28,496 bases of DNA from Candidatus Zixiibacteriota bacterium (GTDB taxonomy: Bacteria; Zixibacteria; MSB-5A5; GN15; FEB-12). Where the stretch lies: contig JBGSIV010000095.1 of NCBI GenBank assembly GCA_041742355.1, positions 1 to 28,496 on the forward strand, in the 5' to 3' direction. Every line of letters begins with the position of its first letter. The first letter of the stretch is position 1. Both the position numbers and the translations under genes were made by a program. Shown here piece after piece: positions 25,206 to 28,496 of the stretch. Under the pieces are notes generated by a model that was not told the DNA's origin, did not search any database, and worked only from the letters and a program-made list of their open reading frames with translations.

Positions 25206-26114
25206 TTATTTGCCAGTGAGGAGACGCTGGGCCTCACGGTACCGCTCCGCCGAGGCCATCACGACCGATTCCGGGAGCACCGGAGCCGGCGGCTTCTTGT
25301 TCCAGTCGAGCGTATCGAGGTAGTCGCGGATTGGCTGCTTGTCGAACGACGGCTGACCCTTGCCGATCTCATACCGGTCGACCGGCCAGAAGCGGCTCGA
25401 ATCCGGTGACAGAACTTCGTCAATCAGGATGAACCGTCCGTTCTTGAAGCCGAATTCGAACTTGGTGTCGGCGATAATGATCCCCTTGGTGCGAGCGTAG
25501 TCGGCCGCCTTGGTGTAGATTGCCAACGATTTCTGCCGGCACAGCCGCGCCGTTTCCTCGCCGACTATCTTGATCATTTCATCGTAGCTGATATTCGCGT
25601 CGTGGCCGTCGTCGTTTTTCGTCGACGGCGTGAAAATCGGTTGCGGAAGCTGCTGGGATTCCTGCAGGTCGGGCGGGAAATCGAATCCGTGGACGACATT
25701 CGAACCGCTCTTGCGTGCCTCCTTCAGTTCCTTCCACATCGAGCCGGAGATGTAGCCGCGCACGATGCACTCGGCGTCGATCCGATCCGCCTTGGTCACG
25801 ATCATCGAGCGTCCTTCGAGCTGGTCGCGGTACTTGCGGAGTGCCTGCGGGTACTCGTCGACCGCTGCCGTGACCAGGTGGCTCTCTACGGTGTCCTTGA
25901 GGAATTCGAACCAGAACAGAGACATCTGCGTGAGGACCTTTCCCTTGCCGGGGATGCCGTTGGGCATGACAACATCGAATGCCGAAATCCGGTCGGTGGC
26001 GACAAACAGGAGGCTGTCGCCGAGGTCATAGATGTCGCGGACTTTGCCGCGGCGCATGAGCGGGTACTCACCGATTTCCGTCTGCATCACGACTTGATCC
26101 CTGTCAACCTTCAT
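25206..26114 (-). CDS. purC: SAICAR synthetase
   Basis: RGKVRDIY, TDRISAFD, ECIVRGY, FTPSTK, ADTKFEFG, DEVLSPDSSRFW and SFDKQ. ATG 26114 follows GAGGTG. Confidence 0.97.
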   Translation of the reverse strand: MKVDRDQVVMQTEIGEYPLMRRGKVRDIYDLGDSLLFVATDRISAFDVVMPNGIPGKGKVLTQMSLFWFEFLKDTVESHLVTAAVDEYPQALRKYRDQLEGRSMIVTKADRIDAECIVRGYISGSMWKELKEARKSGSNVVHGFDFPPDLQESQQLPQPIFTPSTKNDDGHDANISYDEMIKIVGEETARLCRQKSLAIYTKAADYARTKGIIIADTKFEFGFKNGRFILIDEVLSPDSSRFWPVDRYEIGKGQPSFDKQPIRDYLDTLDWNKKPPAPVLPESVVMASAERYREAQRLLTGK

Positions 26115-26709
26115 ATTCACCTCGAATGAATTTATCCAGCACCCGGGGGTACCAGTAGTGTTCCTGCTCCAGCACCCGCGTCGCGAGTGTTTCTGGCGTG
26201 TCGCCGGGGTTGACCGGCACGCGCGCCTGATGCAAGATCTTGCCGTTATCGTAAATCTCGTCCACCAAGTGAATCGTCACTCCCGACTCCTTCTCGCCGG
26301 CCGCGATCACCGCTTCGTGAACGAAGTGTCCATACATCCCTTTGCCGCCGAATTTGGGCAGCAGCGCCGGATGGATGTTCACTATCTTCTTATGATAAGC
26401 CTGAACCACGTTTCCCGGCAATAGTTTCAGGTAGCCGGCGAGGGCCAGAAATTCCACCTGGTGGGCGGTGAGCACTTTCAGCAGATCGACGTGGGCTTCC
26501 TCTACCAACGGATAGTCCGCTTCCTTGTAAACGAAAGTATCAATCCCAGCTGCTCGGGCGCGTTCAAGGCCATACGCCTTGCGCATGTTGGAGACGACCA
26601 GGACGATCTGTCCGGAGAGCACGCCGCTTTGGGACGCGTCGATAAGCGCCTGAAGATTGCTGCCTCCTCCGGAGAGGAAGACGGCGATGCGGGCTTTGGT
26701 CTCGACCAT
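26104..26709 (-). CDS. purN: Phosphoribosylglycinamide formyltransferase
   Basis: SGGGSNLQA, LAGYLK, NIHPALLPKFGG, SGVTIH.V...YD.G and EH. ATG 26709 follows AGGAGG. Confidence 0.97.
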   Translation of the reverse strand: MVETKARIAVFLSGGGSNLQALIDASQSGVLSGQIVLVVSNMRKAYGLERARAAGIDTFVYKEADYPLVEEAHVDLLKVLTAHQVEFLALAGYLKLLPGNVVQAYHKKIVNIHPALLPKFGGKGMYGHFVHEAVIAAGEKESGVTIHLVDEIYDNGKILHQARVPVNPGDTPETLATRVLEQEHYWYPRVLDKFIRGEYEG

Positions 26710-26815
26710 CGGATACCTCCTGATGCCTCTCCGCACAATTCACGCACGAAACAAATAGGCGCTCCGTCTCACGGCGGGGCGACATGGTTCGTATTGAGGT
26801 GGTAATTATGGGGCT

Positions 26816-27400
26816 TCAGGGGAGAATGTCAAACGCTATCAGACGGGCCGGGACCAACGGTGAGACAACGGCGTACACGACCAGCACAATCACCGCTATC
26901 TGTATACCCAGCCGCAGGATCCGTACCGAGGACCGGGATTCGAAGCTCCGGGTGTCATAGCCGGCCCGATGGCAGACGACCAAAGGGAGATCGGCCAGAA
27001 ACCCGGCGAACTCGTAGAGCCAGAAGAGAGGGTTGAACAACTGGAGTTTTTGCCGCGCGAGCCACTCGGTATAGAGCAGGATCCCCTCGTCGAGGAGCTT
27101 CACGGGGGCATTCTCGTCAAGGTGGTAATGCTCGCGCACACGGTCACGGAAGATCGCTCTGATTTGGTTGATCTTGACCTTCTTGCCGCCGCGAGCCGGG
27201 GCATCGCGGGTGATGATCGCCCCGAGGCCTACCCGATTGAGGGAATCGACTGTCTGCACGATCATCGGTTCCATTTGTCGAAGGAGCGCTTGCGCCGGGA
27301 GGTTCCCCGCCCGGTTGGTAAAGTCAAGGTACTCCCGGTAGAGTCGACGGAACTCAGTCAGTTTCTCCAACCGGTCGCAGATTTCGAAGTAGGTCATCAT
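26816..27400 (-). CDS. Hypothetical protein with C-terminal membrane segment(s)
   Basis: 194-aa ORF coupled to the hydrolase by an ATGA overlap. Hydrophobic segments LFNPLFWLYEFAGFLA and ILRLGIQIAVIVLVVYAVV. Confidence 0.7.
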   Translation of the reverse strand: MMTYFEICDRLEKLTEFRRLYREYLDFTNRAGNLPAQALLRQMEPMIVQTVDSLNRVGLGAIITRDAPARGGKKVKINQIRAIFRDRVREHYHLDENAPVKLLDEGILLYTEWLARQKLQLFNPLFWLYEFAGFLADLPLVVCHRAGYDTRSFESRSSVRILRLGIQIAVIVLVVYAVVSPLVPARLIAFDILP

Positions 27401-28209
27401 CTTGCATCGATCTCATCAAGAAACGCTTCCACGTCAGCGTGAAACCGCTCAGGCTCTTCGAGATTCACCATATGGCCTATCCCCGTGTACAGGTGCAGCC
27501 TCGCATCGGGGATCCGCTCTTTCAATATTCTCGCCAGCGGCACAAACACCCGGTCCTGTTCGCCTGCGATAATCAGTGTCGGCACAGTAATCGTGTGCAC
27601 CCGTTCGAGGTCCTTGCCGGGGTCGGGATACTTCCCGCGCCGTTCATCCATCCATGCCGCCCCGGAGTGCTCGCGCATCATAGTGGCGATCAGGTCCCGG
27701 ATTCCTTCCTGCCCCTCACGGTAGTACCGCAGGCTGTACTCCATCCATTTGGCCCGGGCCGCTTCCAGTCCGTGGTCGCGGGCGATCTGGTCGATCCGGC
27801 TGATTTTCAGGCCGACATTCCATCCGGCCGCCCCGGTCGAAACGAGGGTCAGCGATTTCAGCCGCGACTGGCCGCGCAGGGCGTAGCCGATAGCGGTTGA
27901 GCCCCCCATCGACAGGCCGACAAGGTGGAATGCCTCTACACCCAGTTTATCGACAGCGGCGACCAGATCGTCCACCCGGTCGGCCCGGCTGTAACCGGTC
28001 GGCGGGGCGTCGGAGAGGCCATGTCCCCGGGCGTCGAGGAGCAGCACTCGGTGGGTCTGGGAGAAATGGGCCGCGGCGGCTCCCCACATCCGGTGGTCAA
28101 CCGTGAAGCCGTGGAGGAAGATAATCGGGGGGCGACTGGCAGAAGAGCTGTCAGGACTAAAGTCCTGGTAGTAGAGGCGGAGTTTTTTTGGGATCGTGGC
28201 GTACGGCAT
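27397..28209 (-). CDS. Alpha/beta fold hydrolase
   Basis: FLHGF, DARGHGLS, nucleophile elbow GLSMGG, PTLIIAGEQD and GHMVNLE. ATG 28209 (MPYATI) follows GGAG. Confidence 0.92.
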   Translation of the reverse strand: MPYATIPKKLRLYYQDFSPDSSSASRPPIIFLHGFTVDHRMWGAAAAHFSQTHRVLLLDARGHGLSDAPPTGYSRADRVDDLVAAVDKLGVEAFHLVGLSMGGSTAIGYALRGQSRLKSLTLVSTGAAGWNVGLKISRIDQIARDHGLEAARAKWMEYSLRYYREGQEGIRDLIATMMREHSGAAWMDERRGKYPDPGKDLERVHTITVPTLIIAGEQDRVFVPLARILKERIPDARLHLYTGIGHMVNLEEPERFHADVEAFLDEIDAR

Positions 28210-28252
28210 CAGGCGGCTGTCTCCGGTTTGACTGCTGATTCGGGCATGAGAA

Positions 28253-28281
28253 ATGATACAGGTCGCGGCTCTTTCGATCAA
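28253..28281 (-). promoter_or_regulatory. Putative sigma70 promoter for the hydrolase gene
   Basis: TTGATC-17 nt-TATCAT. Confidence 0.5.
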
Positions 28282-28304
28282 GCAGTGATGAGACAGCCGA
28301 GAGA

Positions 28305-28496
28305 CTAATCGGAGACGGTGGAGATCGCCGCTTGGCCATCCGCCCCCGAATCGTCAGGGCCTCCCCCGGCACCCGGATCGCCCAGTGTGACCGACGGATC
28401 CTCTCCCCCGATCGAAGCGCCATCGGAGAGCAGCACGCCGATCGACCATCCCCCGGCTCCGTCGCCGCCACGACCGCCCCGGCCACCATCGCCGCC
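28305..28496 (-). CDS. 3' end of a glycine-rich (PGRS-like) protein, truncated by the window edge
   Basis: The minus frame from 28496 reads GGDGGRGGRGGDGAGGWSIGVLLSDGASIGGEDPSVTLGDPGAGGGPDDSGADGQAAISTVSD*. It is absent from the ORF track because its start lies outside the window. Confidence 0.7.
   Translation of the reverse strand, partial: GGDGGRGGRGGDGAGGWSIGVLLSDGASIGGEDPSVTLGDPGAGGGPDDSGADGQAAISTVSD

Noticed and set aside
26710..26815. Possible ZMP/ZTP (pfl) or purine riboswitch upstream of purN/purH
   Set aside because: There is no GACUGGCG...GCCUGGGC pattern or purine aptamer core, only one imperfect hairpin.
28157..28489. 110-aa minus-strand ORF from the track
   Set aside because: It is the wrong frame: it overlaps the hydrolase start and promoter. 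The Gly-rich frame ending at 28305 is more credible.
1..28496. CRISPR arrays, tRNA/rRNA genes, transposases, prophage or defence islands
   Set aside because: I saw no repeat-spacer periodicity, cloverleaf, rRNA signature or mobile-element protein motif. Intergenic spaces are short.

Overview
This is a GC-rich bacterial chromosomal window of core genes, almost all on the minus strand. Block 1 is a probable catabolic operon: aldehyde dehydrogenase, an arginine synthetase-like (ArcE/CpgS-family) P-loop protein, carbamate kinase, CCA-adding enzyme, sucCD and a four-subunit 2-oxoacid:ferredoxin oxidoreductase. It has a strong sigma70 promoter and a near-perfect Rex/CRP-type palindrome. Block 2 is one plus-strand outer-membrane beta-barrel gene. 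Block 3 is smg-coaBC, then udg-dnaB-mlaE-mlaF-radA-PIN-like ORF-tgt. Block 4 is a heme-motif porin, a cytochrome c lipoprotein and a YceI protein. Block 5 is purN-purC-purH, a membrane hypothetical, an alpha/beta hydrolase and a truncated Gly-rich gene. The most notable observations are five. First, coaBC is split by a -1 frame change exactly at an A10/A_AAA_AAG run in the interdomain linker (candidate programmed recoding, or a homopolymer error). Second, a multi-stem RNA leader and an SD-occluding hairpin precede the ArcE-like gene (candidate new riboswitch). Third, SucD carries a 68-aa histone H1-like tail. Fourth, the porin-cytochrome-YceI module includes a CX6CH motif. Fifth, there are GTAG-headed REP-like hairpins. 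I saw no rRNA, tRNA, CRISPR array or transposase. All calls come from reading motifs by eye; no database searches were run.
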